The notes beneath the pieces are model-generated. The model made no database searches and was not told the DNA's origin. It saw only the letters and a list, made by a program, of their open reading frames with translations. A DNA stretch of 64,000 nt, taken from NCBI GenBank assembly GCA_963790475.1, contig CAWBOS010000010.1, positions 384,001 through 448,000 on the forward strand, read 5' to 3'. Positions 48,128 through 58,106 of the stretch are shown here, in pieces. The translations under genes were made by a program, and so were the position numbers. This DNA comes from an uncultured delta proteobacterium. Lineage in GTDB: Bacteria; Desulfobacterota; RBG-13-43-22. Every line of letters starts with the position of its first letter. Within the stretch, counting starts at the first letter, position 1.

Positions 48128-48757
48128 TCATTCCCAGAATTTCATCAAATCTTGGGAAGAGGATACGATGCAGACCCGCTTTAATATCTTGAGCGCATAT
48201 TCGTGCATCTCCTGGTCGGGTGAAGAGACACAATCTTCAACGACTATGGTATAAAATCCCCGGTTAGCGGAATCCCTGGCACTGGAGGCGATTCCTATCT
48301 CCGTGGTGATGCCGGTGAAGATTATCGTTTGTATCCCTTTGACACGCATCATCTGCTCAAAATGGGTGCCGATGAATATGCTGGCCGTGTGTTTGTCCAG
48401 GACCATCTCACCTCTTTCAGGGAAAATCTCCCGATGGATTTCCGCTTCTGGGGTTCCGGGAATCAGGAATCGGGGGACCTTCTCAGGATCGTCCACCCCG
48501 AAGCGCTTCATGAACATGTAAGTTCTAAAAGGGGATTCGTATTCCCTGGGCAACGGTATTATTTTGGTGTAGATGATCGGAATTTGAGATTTTCGGGTTT
48601 TATCGAGCAGTGACTTGGAATTATTTAAAAAGGCTTCCCGGTTAAAAATTCTTTCTACCAGCAGGTTTTGAACATCCCAGACCACCAGGGCCGTATGGGA
48701 GGGGTCGACGATATCTTTCAGTCGGGTATGGATGGTCGGGATTGTTTTATTGGACAT
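48128..48757 (-). CDS. Isochorismatase/cysteine-hydrolase family protein (YecD-like)
   Basis: TALVVWDVQN, K...S.F.GT, GITTEIGI.SSARD...RG; start at 48757 with AAGGAG RBS. Confidence 0.85.
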   Translation of the reverse strand: MSNKTIPTIHTRLKDIVDPSHTALVVWDVQNLLVERIFNREAFLNNSKSLLDKTRKSQIPIIYTKIIPLPREYESPFRTYMFMKRFGVDDPEKVPRFLIPGTPEAEIHREIFPERGEMVLDKHTASIFIGTHFEQMMRVKGIQTIIFTGITTEIGIASSARDSANRGFYTIVVEDCVSSPDQEMHEYALKILKRVCIVSSSQDLMKFWE

Positions 48758-48901
48758 GTCCCTTCTCCTTTTATCCATTGACGGTCTTACCTCATGGGAA
48801 ACTTTTTTGCAAGGATTTTTATCTTGATAAAATTAAGGCTTGCTTCGATAATGTTTTCCAGAGACCTATTTTTAACACTATGAGGTTGAGGAGGATAAAT
48901 C

Positions 48902-50503
48902 ATGAATAAACCGAAAAGCCTGCCGTTGCTTGATGATAAGGATTTCCCCATCAATCGTATCCGCCAAACCATGGTCCGGGGCACAGGAACGGATATCGAA
49001 GAACTTAGAGAAAAGCCCTTGATTGCTGTGGTCAATTCCCATACGGAGTTGCACCCCGGACACATGCACCTCGGCTTCCTGGGCGAGAAAGTTAAGAATG
49101 GGGTCCAGGCGGCCGGTGGCATACCTTTTGAATTCAATGTCCCGGCCCCCTGTGATGGGATGACGGAAGGTCACGAAGGGATGCGCTATATTTTGCCGCA
49201 GCGGGAACTGATCGCCGATATAGTCGAAACCCATATCCGCAGCATGCTTTTCGATGGTATGGTTATGATCGCCAGTTGCGACAAGATCATTCCGGGGATG
49301 ATCATGGCCGCCGCCCGATTGGACATCCCCACTATTTTTTTGACCGGCGGACCCAATGTCTGGCAAAGACAGATCGTTGGGGAAAAAAGACCGGATGGCT
49401 CCAATATCGCTTCCTGTGGGGCTTGTGATATTATGGGAACGGCGAACACTTTTCAATGTATGGCCGAGGTTCTGGGACTGACCATCCCCGGTTCGGCCAA
49501 TGTCCCGGGCTTTCACACCGACAAGTTGCTCTTTGCCCGTCAGTCCGGTAAACGGATTGTCCAGATGGTCGAAGAAGGGCTTTCGGCCAGGAAGATTCTG
49601 ACTGCCAAGGCTATTGAAAATGCCGTCATCATGGATCTGGCCATTGGGGGGTCAACCAATTCCACCCTTCATCTGCCGGCCATTGCCCACGAGCTGGGGC
49701 TGTCGCTACCCCTGTCCCGATTCAATGAACTCAACCGAAAAATTCCCACGCTGCTCTCCATTCGCCCCAGCGGACCCCACGGGATCATAGATCTTTATGC
49801 CGCGGGGGGGATCCCGGCGGTGATGAAGGTCCTGGCTGAAGATTTAAATCTGGAAGCCCTCACGGTCACCGGCAAAACCCTCGAAGAGGTTGTAAAGGAA
49901 GCCCGGGTTTTTGATGAAACCGTTATACGACCCAGGGATAAACCCTACCTGCCCGAGGGCGGCACTGTAGTTCTCTTTGGAAACCTGGCCCCGGATGGGG
50001 CGGTGATCAAACAATCGGCCGTGGCCCCGGACATGCGGACCTTCACCGGAAAGGCCCGGGTCATGGAATCAGAGAGCGAAGCATTGAAGGCCTTGCGAAA
50101 AAAAGTCATCCAGGAAGAGGAGGTGATCGTTATTCGCAATGAAGGACCCAAAGGAGGACCGGGGATGCCGGAAACCCTGGCCGTAACCCTGGCCTTGCTC
50201 ACTTCGGGTTTAAAACGGGTGGCCTTGATTACCGACGGCCGTTTTTCCGGTGCCACTTCCGGTCCCTGCGTGGGGCATATCTCACCGGAAGCCTATGTGG
50301 GCGGCCCCATAGCGGCGCTGCGAAACGGGGACCAGATAGAAATCGACATCCCCAACCGAAAACTTGAGGTGAAACTCTCCGACGAAGAGATCCGCCAGCG
50401 CCTTCAGGGATATAAACCCATAAAAAAAGAGGTGCCGCCGGGTTTCATGCAGCGATATATCAAATATGTGGGTTCGGCGGCCAAAGGGGCCCTATTGGAG
50501 TAG
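48902..50503 (+). CDS. ilvD: Dihydroxy-acid dehydratase (IlvD/Edd family)
   Basis: PCDG, CDKIIPG, MGTANT, GGSTN..LH, GNLAPDGAVIK, EGPKGGPGMPE, ITDGRFSG, GHISPEA. Confidence 0.85.
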   Translation: MNKPKSLPLLDDKDFPINRIRQTMVRGTGTDIEELREKPLIAVVNSHTELHPGHMHLGFLGEKVKNGVQAAGGIPFEFNVPAPCDGMTEGHEGMRYILPQRELIADIVETHIRSMLFDGMVMIASCDKIIPGMIMAAARLDIPTIFLTGGPNVWQRQIVGEKRPDGSNIASCGACDIMGTANTFQCMAEVLGLTIPGSANVPGFHTDKLLFARQSGKRIVQMVEEGLSARKILTAKAIENAVIMDLAIGGSTNSTLHLPAIAHELGLSLPLSRFNELNRKIPTLLSIRPSGPHGIIDLYAAGGIPAVMKVLAEDLNLEALTVTGKTLEEVVKEARVFDETVIRPRDKPYLPEGGTVVLFGNLAPDGAVIKQSAVAPDMRTFTGKARVMESESEALKALRKKVIQEEEVIVIRNEGPKGGPGMPETLAVTLALLTSGLKRVALITDGRFSGATSGPCVGHISPEAYVGGPIAALRNGDQIEIDIPNRKLEVKLSDEEIRQRLQGYKPIKKEVPPGFMQRYIKYVGSAAKGALLE

Positions 50504-50514
50504 GCGAAAGAAAA

Positions 50515-51246
50515 ATGGTTGCCAAAAGGGGTAACCACGTAGGGAAGATATTTGTTTTCGTTCTATTATGTGCTGTGGCCGGTCCCTCCTGCGCGTCATC
50601 AGGTGAGGAGTCCTTCACCTTAAACCGGCAGAAAATGGTTAAGGAGCAGATCGAGGGGCGGGGAATTACCGACCAGCGGGTATTGGAGGTGATGAGGAAA
50701 GTCCCGCGCCATTTATTTGTCCCCGCTCCGTTGCAGAACCTGGCTTATGACGACAGTCCCCTCCCTATCGGACAGGGGCAGACCATCTCCCAGCCCTATA
50801 TTGTCGCCTACATGACCGAGGCGGTGAAGATCAGCCCCCGGGATCGTGTTCTTGAAATCGGGACGGGATCCGGGTACCAGGCAGCGGTGCTGGGCGAGCT
50901 GGCCAAAGAGGTTTACACCATAGAAATAGTTAAACCTCTGGCGGAGAGTGCCCGCCTGCTTTTAGAAAAATCAGGATATAAGAACATCAAAATAAGATGG
51001 GGAGACGGGTATCAGGGATGGAAAGAACAGGCTCCCTTTGATGCCATCATCGTTACCGCTGCCCCGGCAGAGGTGCCGGAGGAACTGGTCAAACAGCTCA
51101 GGATCGGGGGAAGAATAGTGGTCCCCATAGGAGGTTTCTTCCAGGAACTTTACCTCATTACCAAAACGAAAAAGGGAATAAAAAAGGAGACCCTCTTGCC
51201 GGTCCGTTTCGTCCCCATGGTCAAACCGTCCGGGGCGGGAGAATAA
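50515..51246 (+). CDS. pcm: Protein-L-isoaspartate O-methyltransferase (with signal-peptide-like N-terminus)
   Basis: VPRHLFV, AY.D.PLPIG.GQTISQPYIV, VLEIGTGSGYQAA, APFDAIIVTAA, VRFVPM. Confidence 0.93.
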   Translation: MVAKRGNHVGKIFVFVLLCAVAGPSCASSGEESFTLNRQKMVKEQIEGRGITDQRVLEVMRKVPRHLFVPAPLQNLAYDDSPLPIGQGQTISQPYIVAYMTEAVKISPRDRVLEIGTGSGYQAAVLGELAKEVYTIEIVKPLAESARLLLEKSGYKNIKIRWGDGYQGWKEQAPFDAIIVTAAPAEVPEELVKQLRIGGRIVVPIGGFFQELYLITKTKKGIKKETLLPVRFVPMVKPSGAGE

Positions 51247-51261
51247 AATCCTGAAGGTCTC

Positions 51262-52461
51262 TTACTTCCTACAGCTTTCGATGGATTCCCGGAATATCAT
51301 CAGCCCTTTTTCCATCTCCTTTTTCCCGATGTTCAGGGCCGGAAATATCCGGATCATGTTCCCCTGAGTTTGTCTGACAAAAAGCCCCTCGGCCAGACAG
51401 GCAGCGGTGATCCGAGTGGCCATCTCTTCGCTTCGGAACTCAACAGCCAGCAGCAACCCCAGTCCGCGGACATCGGTGATCATTTCCGGAAAGGACAGTT
51501 TCCAGCCCTTCATATGCTGAAGGGCCAGATGGCCCATTTCCTGAACATTGGCCGAGATCTGATGATCGAGCAGATAGCGGATCACGGCATAGGACACGGC
51601 ACATCCCAGAGGGTTACCGCAATAGGTCCCGCCGTGATCACCGGGTTCCAGCCGGGCGGCCACTGCTTCCGACATAGCAAAGGCGCCAAAAGGAAAACCT
51701 CCGGCGATCCCTTTGGCCATAGTCAAGAAGTCGGCATCGGCGCAGGAGCGGCTGATGGCAAACATGGGTCCGCAGCGGCAAAAACCGGTTTGAACCTCGT
51801 CGATGATGAGCAGGCTGCCGTTTTTTTTGCACATCATGCTGACCTGATGGAGATATTCCTCGGAAGGAATCCGGACTCCCCCTTCCCCTTGAACGGGTTC
51901 CAGAATGATTGCGGCCACTGAGCCGTCGAGACTCTGTTGCAAGGCCTTAAGATCGTTAAAGGGGATAAAATGGTAGTTGGGCATCAAGGGATTGAATTTC
52001 TCCCGGTGTTTGGCTTGGCCGGTGGCCGAAGCGGTGCTGATCGTCCGCCCATGGAAGCTCTGATGGGTCGATATCACATCCATCCTCCCGCTAACCTTAC
52101 GGGCCAGCTTGATGGCCGCATCGTTGGCTTCGGCCCCGCTGTTGGAGAAGAAGACCCTGGTCAGGTTCGAAGGCAATATCTCCCGCATCAACGCCAGAAG
52201 GTTGGCCCGTATGGGCGAGTAGGTCAATCCGGAATTGGGGTTTTGGATGATCTTCCGGCTCTGTTCCAGAAGGGCATTGGTGATGACGGGGGAGGCATGT
52301 CCCAGGCAGGTGACCCCCCAACCGGAAGTGAAGTCCAGAAACCGTTTCCCTTCCTCATCCCAACAATAAACCCCCTCACCCCGTTCTATAGAAACGGGAA
52401 TTTTGCTGAAGAACGGCGGTGAGGATTGATCTTCAATTTCAATGGTCTTTTGGGTGCTCAT
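51262..52461 (-). CDS. Class III PLP aminotransferase (acetylornithine aminotransferase-like)
   Basis: SNSGAEAN, SFHGRT, EPVQGEGG, DEVQTG, AKGIAGG (PLP Lys), HGGTY.GNP. Confidence 0.88.
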   Translation of the reverse strand: MSTQKTIEIEDQSSPPFFSKIPVSIERGEGVYCWDEEGKRFLDFTSGWGVTCLGHASPVITNALLEQSRKIIQNPNSGLTYSPIRANLLALMREILPSNLTRVFFSNSGAEANDAAIKLARKVSGRMDVISTHQSFHGRTISTASATGQAKHREKFNPLMPNYHFIPFNDLKALQQSLDGSVAAIILEPVQGEGGVRIPSEEYLHQVSMMCKKNGSLLIIDEVQTGFCRCGPMFAISRSCADADFLTMAKGIAGGFPFGAFAMSEAVAARLEPGDHGGTYCGNPLGCAVSYAVIRYLLDHQISANVQEMGHLALQHMKGWKLSFPEMITDVRGLGLLLAVEFRSEEMATRITAACLAEGLFVRQTQGNMIRIFPALNIGKKEMEKGLMIFRESIESCRK

Positions 52462-52937
52462 GATTTTTCCTCGATTTTCAAAAGAAAATTTATGGCTTCC
52501 GGTCTTTCCTGCCAGCCTTGTTTTCTGTAAAAACCACGTTTATAAGATTCACGGTCGCGAAGATTGAGCAGCATCAATCTGGAACAGCCCCGTTCCCTGG
52601 CCTCGGCCTTGACCGTTTCCAGCAATTGACCGCCTATACCAAGGCCTCGGGATGATTCCCGTAAAAAAAGTTCCGAGACATAGCCTTCCGGACCGGGAAG
52701 CAGCAGATAGGGCAGCCAGTGCACGGCACAATAGCCCAGGACTTCACCGGCTGGATGTTGGGCTACATAAACAGAGTGGCTGTCGTCGGCCTGGCATAAT
52801 CCAAGATGCCTGGAAACATGACCCAGAGTGGCCGGCGGTGTTTCGTCATTGTAATGGGCAAACAGGCCCATCGTTCTCAACAGTTCGGCAATGACCGGGG
52901 CGTCTTGGTCCGTTGCCTTCCTGATTTGAATGTCCAT
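52458..52937 (-). CDS. GNAT-family N-acetyltransferase
   Basis: ELFL....RGLGIGGQLL acetyl-CoA motif, FY.K.GW; overlaps the aminotransferase start (ATGA). Confidence 0.85.
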   Translation of the reverse strand: MDIQIRKATDQDAPVIAELLRTMGLFAHYNDETPPATLGHVSRHLGLCQADDSHSVYVAQHPAGEVLGYCAVHWLPYLLLPGPEGYVSELFLRESSRGLGIGGQLLETVKAEARERGCSRLMLLNLRDRESYKRGFYRKQGWQERPEAINFLLKIEEKS

Positions 52938-53179
52938 CAGAATCCTTCCCCTTCCTCCCTCCGGAATATGGCGCTAACCGAAATCAAAAATCCGAAATCC
53001 TTAAACTTATCCCGGCGCTTTTTTTTTAATTTTTAATGGAAAAATTTGAGAAAATCAATCCAAAACATCATGGACCGTCGTTCATGTCAGGTCGGGGGAT
53101 TTGTCTTGACATAAAAAAATGACCGACCCTATACTTCATTCCACCAAAGAAAATAGAGGATATCGGGAGGATAAAAATT

Positions 53180-53935
53180 ATGTTTGATCTCAAAGGACAT
53201 GTAAGTGTCATTACCGGAGGAAACGGGGGCATCGGGCTTGGGATGGCTCGGGGACTGGCGAAATCGGGGGCCAGTATTGCAATCTGGGGAAGAAACAAGG
53301 CTAAAAACACCAAAGCCGAGAGCGAGCTGAAGGGTCTCGGTGCTGAAGTCAAGGCCTTTCAGTGCGATGTCTCGCTGGAAGATCAAATCGTCAAAAGCAT
53401 GGCTGACACGCTGGCCTATTTCGGACGAGTGGATTCCTGCTTTGCCAATGCCGGCATCGGTATTGTTAAGCCGGTTATCGAGACCACTATGGCAGACTGG
53501 AACAAAGTTCTGGATATTAATCTAACGGGCGTTTTTATGACCTTTCGGGAGGCGGCTAAACACATGATCGCCCGCGGGGGAGGGGGGAAACTTATCGCGA
53601 CTTCCTCCATCGGTTCGATACACGGGATGCCGCGCAATTCCAGCTATTCGGCCACAAAGGCCGGTGTAATAGCCATCGTTCGTTCGCTGGCCGTAGAACT
53701 GGGGCGGTATGATATTCAGGCCAATGCTATCATCCCCGGATGGATTGTCACGGATATGACGGTTGAGGCCAGGGCTTTTGAAAAATTGAACAAGACGATT
53801 ATCCAAAGGACCCCGGCCCACCGCTGGGGGGAACCGAGGGACTTTGAAGGACTGGCTGTTTACCTGGCTTCGCGCGAGTCTGATTTTCAAACAGGCACGG
53901 CTATTGCCATGGATGGGGGTTACACTATTTTTTAA
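53180..53935 (+). CDS. Classical SDR oxidoreductase (KduD/gluconate 5-dehydrogenase-like)
   Basis: TGGNGGIG, ANAG, YSATK, NAIIPGW..TDM, DGG. Confidence 0.9.
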   Translation: MFDLKGHVSVITGGNGGIGLGMARGLAKSGASIAIWGRNKAKNTKAESELKGLGAEVKAFQCDVSLEDQIVKSMADTLAYFGRVDSCFANAGIGIVKPVIETTMADWNKVLDINLTGVFMTFREAAKHMIARGGGGKLIATSSIGSIHGMPRNSSYSATKAGVIAIVRSLAVELGRYDIQANAIIPGWIVTDMTVEARAFEKLNKTIIQRTPAHRWGEPRDFEGLAVYLASRESDFQTGTAIAMDGGYTIF

Positions 53936-54396
53936 TAACCTTCAAAAGGTCAGTAAATAATCAACTGAATTCCAGGTGTGGTTTACAGAAGGCGGTCTCA
54001 ACCCAAAATGTCAAAAAATTGAAGCGGTAAAGACTTCAACGGCTTGAGTCAGGCCTGTCCGCCAAAGGGGAAAAAGTAACATTCTCGGTCTTAAGGTGCT
54101 TGTCTTGCTCTCCACCGGCCTTCCGGGTCGAATGACGATCTGCTAATAAGCTCAGCCCGATCTCGACACCTATACCCTGGTCCGACCCCTATCCAACAAT
54201 CCCCTTTCCATTATCCTCCCTTGATATAACCTTGCACACAAAATAGTCAATATAACAGGTCACCTGCCGAATAAATAGACTGACACTAAAATACAGTGCT
54301 TTTATCCAAAAAATAGGCTGTTTACTTTATTTACGAATCACCGTTCTCTTAATAGAATTATTATATAAAATTTATCAGGTATGAAAGGGGACGACC

Positions 54397-54702
54397 ATGC
54401 GAATGCTTCTACAGGTGAAGATTCCTCACCAAGAGTTCAATGCCGCTGTCCGAGACGGTAGCGTAGAAGGGAAGATGAAGAAAATTATCGAGGATACAAA
54501 GCCGGAAGCCGCCTATTTTACCGAATATGACGGCCGGCGCGGGGCCATTATGATCATCAACATCGATGACCCGTCGGAAGTGCCAAAGTTTGCGGAGCCC
54601 TGGTTTCTGTCCTTCAACGCCGATGTCCAATTTCACATTGTCATGACCCCGGAAGAATTAGGGCGGGCAGGTCTGAAAAAGCTCGGGGAAAAGTGGTCTT
54701 AG
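54397..54702 (+). CDS. Small conserved hypothetical protein (possibly DUF3303/GYD-like)
   Basis: KPEAAYF...G.R......D.S..P..AEP.F..F.A.V...VMT..L pattern; RBS AAGGGG. Confidence 0.7.
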   Translation: MRMLLQVKIPHQEFNAAVRDGSVEGKMKKIIEDTKPEAAYFTEYDGRRGAIMIINIDDPSEVPKFAEPWFLSFNADVQFHIVMTPEELGRAGLKKLGEKWS

Positions 54703-54733
54703 AATCTGGATAAAATCAAGAAAGGAGAAAGTT

Positions 54734-55102
54734 GTGAGCAAGCTGGAAGTGAAAAGCTTCAGTAAACCTGATGAAGTAAGGACCTTTGACAAGGGAAAAG
54801 TAGAACTGATCAAGGTCGGCGGGTCAATGATCGGCCGGGCCACTTTTCAGCCCGGTTGGAAGTGGTCGGAATCGGTCAAGCCTATAGCCAAGACGAAGAG
54901 CTGTGAGGCGCCTCATTTTCAGTACCAGCTCTCCGGTACTATCCGGGTCAGGATGGATGACGGCACGGAGAGAGATGTAAAGGCCGGTGAGGTAGCCTCG
55001 ATTCCGCCGGGACATGATGGCTGGGTAGTCGGAAATGAGCCGGTGGTCATAATCGACTTCCAAGGCATGGCCGACTACGCCAAGGGAAGTAAAAAGAAAT
55101 AA
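54734..55102 (+). CDS. Cupin-domain protein
   Basis: PGWKWS, C...H..Y..SG, IPPGHDGWVVG; AAGGAG RBS. Confidence 0.85.
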   Translation: MSKLEVKSFSKPDEVRTFDKGKVELIKVGGSMIGRATFQPGWKWSESVKPIAKTKSCEAPHFQYQLSGTIRVRMDDGTERDVKAGEVASIPPGHDGWVVGNEPVVIIDFQGMADYAKGSKKK

Positions 55103-55287
55103 GAAGGTCTTCGCTGAGGCAGTTGTAGCGAGTAAGTTTTTCCGGCTACTTTTTCTCAACTATGACGTAGCCGGCAGGTGGTCTTTACCTTGGGGGGTCC
55201 GACTCGGCACAGCAATAAAACTGTGATCCAGTGCATTAGATTCCAGAATATAGTTGGTGCATTAACCCGGGGTAGAGGACGGCGGAG

Positions 55288-56889
55288 TTGATGCGGATGA
55301 TAAGACAACTTATTGAAGGTAAGGGATGGGTCTGGGCGCTGGCCCTGGTCTCGCTACTCTGTTCCGGCTGTGTCAAGGTAGGGCCTGATTTTGTCAAGCC
55401 CGAGGCCCTGGTCGAGCAGAATTGGCTGGAATCGGGGGACAGGCGATTACAGGGTGATTCTTCCCAAAACCGGGAATGGTGGCGGGTCTTTAATGATCCC
55501 GTGCTTAATGGGCTTATCGATCGCGCTTATAAAGAAAACCTGACCCTCAGGATAGCCGGTCTGAGGGTGATCGAGGCGCGCGCCCAGTTGGGTATAACCA
55601 TTGGCCAGTTATTTCCACAGACGCAACAAGCCGTCGGTTCCCTACAGGAAAACAGCCTCAGCGATCGGTCCACGTCGGCGCTTCTTAGCAACAGCCTGAC
55701 CTACAGGCAGGCCCAGGTCGGCCTGTTGGCAAACTGGGAACTCGACTTCTGGGGCAAGTTCAGGCGAAACATCGAATCCGCCGATGCCGCTCTCCAGGCC
55801 ACCGTGGCCGATTACGACGCCGCCCTGGTGAGTCTTACCGCTGATGTGGCCAATACCTACATTGCCATCAGAATTTCGGAGAAAAGGATTGAGATCGCCG
55901 AAGAGAATGTGGTCACCCAACACGAAGCCCTCAGGCTGGCCAAGGCTCGTTTCACCGGAGGCACGACCACCCAGTTGGACCTGGAGCAGGCCCAAGCCTC
56001 TCTCAATGACACCCAATCTCTCGTACCCGCCCTGCAAAGCCAGTTGAGGCAGGCCAAAAATGCCTTGTGTACCCTCCTGGGCACTCCACCCAATGATCTT
56101 GCCTCCGTGATCACCGGTCCTCCGGCCATTCCCGTACCTCCACTTCAGGTGGCCGTGGGCATCCCCGCTGACCTTCTGACCCGCCGTCCTGATGTGCGGA
56201 GCGCCCTGTACCAGGCGGCCTCCCAGTCCGCCCGGATCGGAGTTGCCAAAGCCGATCTCTTCCCCAGTCTATCCCTCAGCGGATCCTTTGGTTTCCTATC
56301 TACGGACGTTTCTAATTTCAACCTCATGGACATATTCCGCTGGGGAAGCAGGTACTATACGGTGGGGCCTACGGGCCAGTGGAATCTCTTTAATTATGGA
56401 CGAATAAAAAACAGCGTCCGCGTGGAGGACGCCCGTTTCCAGGAATCGTTGGTCGCCTACGGAAATGCCGTGCTTAAAGCCCAACAGGAGGTGGAAGACG
56501 GTTTGGTCGCCTTCCTCCGTGCCCAGGAACAGGGGAGCTTTCTGGCTGAGAGCGCCGCAGCGGCCCAGCGCTCCCTCGAAATCGCCAAAGCCCAGTACCG
56601 GGAAGGGGCCAGGGACTTCACCGCCGTGGTGATTGCCCAGCAAACCCTCTTACGAGAGCAGGACAATTTGGCCGTAACACTGGGTGCTGTTTCAACCGGT
56701 CTGGTGGCTGTCTACCGTGCTTTGGGCGGAGGCTGGGAAATCCGGGAGGGGCAGGACTTTATCCCTCCCGATGTCAAGGAAATAATGACCAAACGTACTG
56801 ACTGGGGGGGGTTGTTGGAGCCTCCCAAGTCTATTCCTTCCAGTACTGAACGTGGAAACACCAGGACTATTGGTACTCCCACACGGTAA
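55288..56889 (+). CDS. RND efflux outer-membrane lipoprotein (NodT/OprM family)
   Basis: Lipobox CSGC + VGPDF, WW..FNDP.L, WELDFWG, LL.RRPDVR, YRALGGGW. Confidence 0.92.
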   Translation: MMRMIRQLIEGKGWVWALALVSLLCSGCVKVGPDFVKPEALVEQNWLESGDRRLQGDSSQNREWWRVFNDPVLNGLIDRAYKENLTLRIAGLRVIEARAQLGITIGQLFPQTQQAVGSLQENSLSDRSTSALLSNSLTYRQAQVGLLANWELDFWGKFRRNIESADAALQATVADYDAALVSLTADVANTYIAIRISEKRIEIAEENVVTQHEALRLAKARFTGGTTTQLDLEQAQASLNDTQSLVPALQSQLRQAKNALCTLLGTPPNDLASVITGPPAIPVPPLQVAVGIPADLLTRRPDVRSALYQAASQSARIGVAKADLFPSLSLSGSFGFLSTDVSNFNLMDIFRWGSRYYTVGPTGQWNLFNYGRIKNSVRVEDARFQESLVAYGNAVLKAQQEVEDGLVAFLRAQEQGSFLAESAAAAQRSLEIAKAQYREGARDFTAVVIAQQTLLREQDNLAVTLGAVSTGLVAVYRALGGGWEIREGQDFIPPDVKEIMTKRTDWGGLLEPPKSIPSSTERGNTRTIGTPTR

Positions 56890-56903
56890 GGAGACATAAG
56901 GCA

Positions 56904-58106
56904 ATGAAATCTGGCGACCTAGTATTACTTCGGCGGACACTATTGACGGCCATAGCCGGTTTGCTGGTTATGATATTGATAGGGCCAACCGGGTGCTCAC
57001 AAAAACAAGCGCCCTCTCCACCACCGCCCCGGGTGAGCGTGGCCCAGCCCCTCAAGAAAAACGTGACCGATTACATCGAGGCCTTCGGCAACACCCAGGC
57101 CATCCGGACCGCACAGCTCCGGGCCAGAGTAGCCGGGTATCTGGAAAAGGTCCTCTTCAGTGACGGCCAGGTTGTCAAAAAAGACCTGCTTCTCTTCCTG
57201 ATTCAAAAGAATACTTATCAGGCCAATCTTCAGCAGGCCGAGGCTGCTATCTCCCTGACCAAGACCCAGCTTTCCTATGCCGAATCCGAACTGCTTCGAT
57301 TCACAAAGCTGATGGAGCAGAAGGGGGCGGCCCAGACAGACGTTGACAATTGGCGTTTCCAGAGGGATTCCGCCCAAGCCAACCTGCGCCAGGCAGAGGC
57401 CCGGAGAGACCTGACCAGGCTCGACCTCGGATACACGGAGGTAAGGGCGCCTTTCTCCGGCCGAATAGACCGGACCCTTGTTGACCCCGGCAACCTGGTA
57501 GGTGCAGGGGAAGCCACTGTCCTGGCCACTATGAGCCAGATCGACCCTGTCTATGTCTACTTCACGATCAGCGACCTTGATCTCTTCCGCCTTACCGGCG
57601 AAGCACACTGGAACCCCGGTAAGGCCTCGGCCATGAAATGGCCGATAGACCTGGGACTGGTCGATGAAAAGGGCTATCCCCACCGCGGGAGCATCGATTT
57701 TGCATCCATTAGTCTGACACCCACTACCGGAACCCTTCTGGTCCGGGGAATATTCCCAAATCCGGAAGGGTCGATAATACCGGGGCTATACGCCCGCATC
57801 CGGATACCGGTTATTTCAGCCAAAGGCCTTCTTATTCCTCAAGAGGCGGTTAGCCACGATTTGCGGGGTCCATATGTTCTGGTGGTCAACCGCGAAAACA
57901 AGATCGAACGACGCAATGTGACGACCGGTAGCCAGGTAGCCCTTTTTCAGGTCATCAGGTCAGGTTTGGGTGAAGAGGAGTGGGTGGTTATTAAAGGTAT
58001 CCAGAGGGCCATACCGGGTAGGCCTGTAAGCCCGGAGAGGATCAGTCTCCAGGAACAGACCGCTGCTGCTCCAGGACCCGCCAATCCGGGAAGTGCCAAG
58101 CCATGA
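56904..58106 (+). CDS. RND efflux periplasmic adaptor (MFP)
   Basis: LRARVAGYL, APFSGRI, GNLV, DPVYVYF, TGTL.VR. Confidence 0.92.
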   Translation: MKSGDLVLLRRTLLTAIAGLLVMILIGPTGCSQKQAPSPPPPRVSVAQPLKKNVTDYIEAFGNTQAIRTAQLRARVAGYLEKVLFSDGQVVKKDLLLFLIQKNTYQANLQQAEAAISLTKTQLSYAESELLRFTKLMEQKGAAQTDVDNWRFQRDSAQANLRQAEARRDLTRLDLGYTEVRAPFSGRIDRTLVDPGNLVGAGEATVLATMSQIDPVYVYFTISDLDLFRLTGEAHWNPGKASAMKWPIDLGLVDEKGYPHRGSIDFASISLTPTTGTLLVRGIFPNPEGSIIPGLYARIRIPVISAKGLLIPQEAVSHDLRGPYVLVVNRENKIERRNVTTGSQVALFQVIRSGLGEEEWVVIKGIQRAIPGRPVSPERISLQEQTAAAPGPANPGSAKP

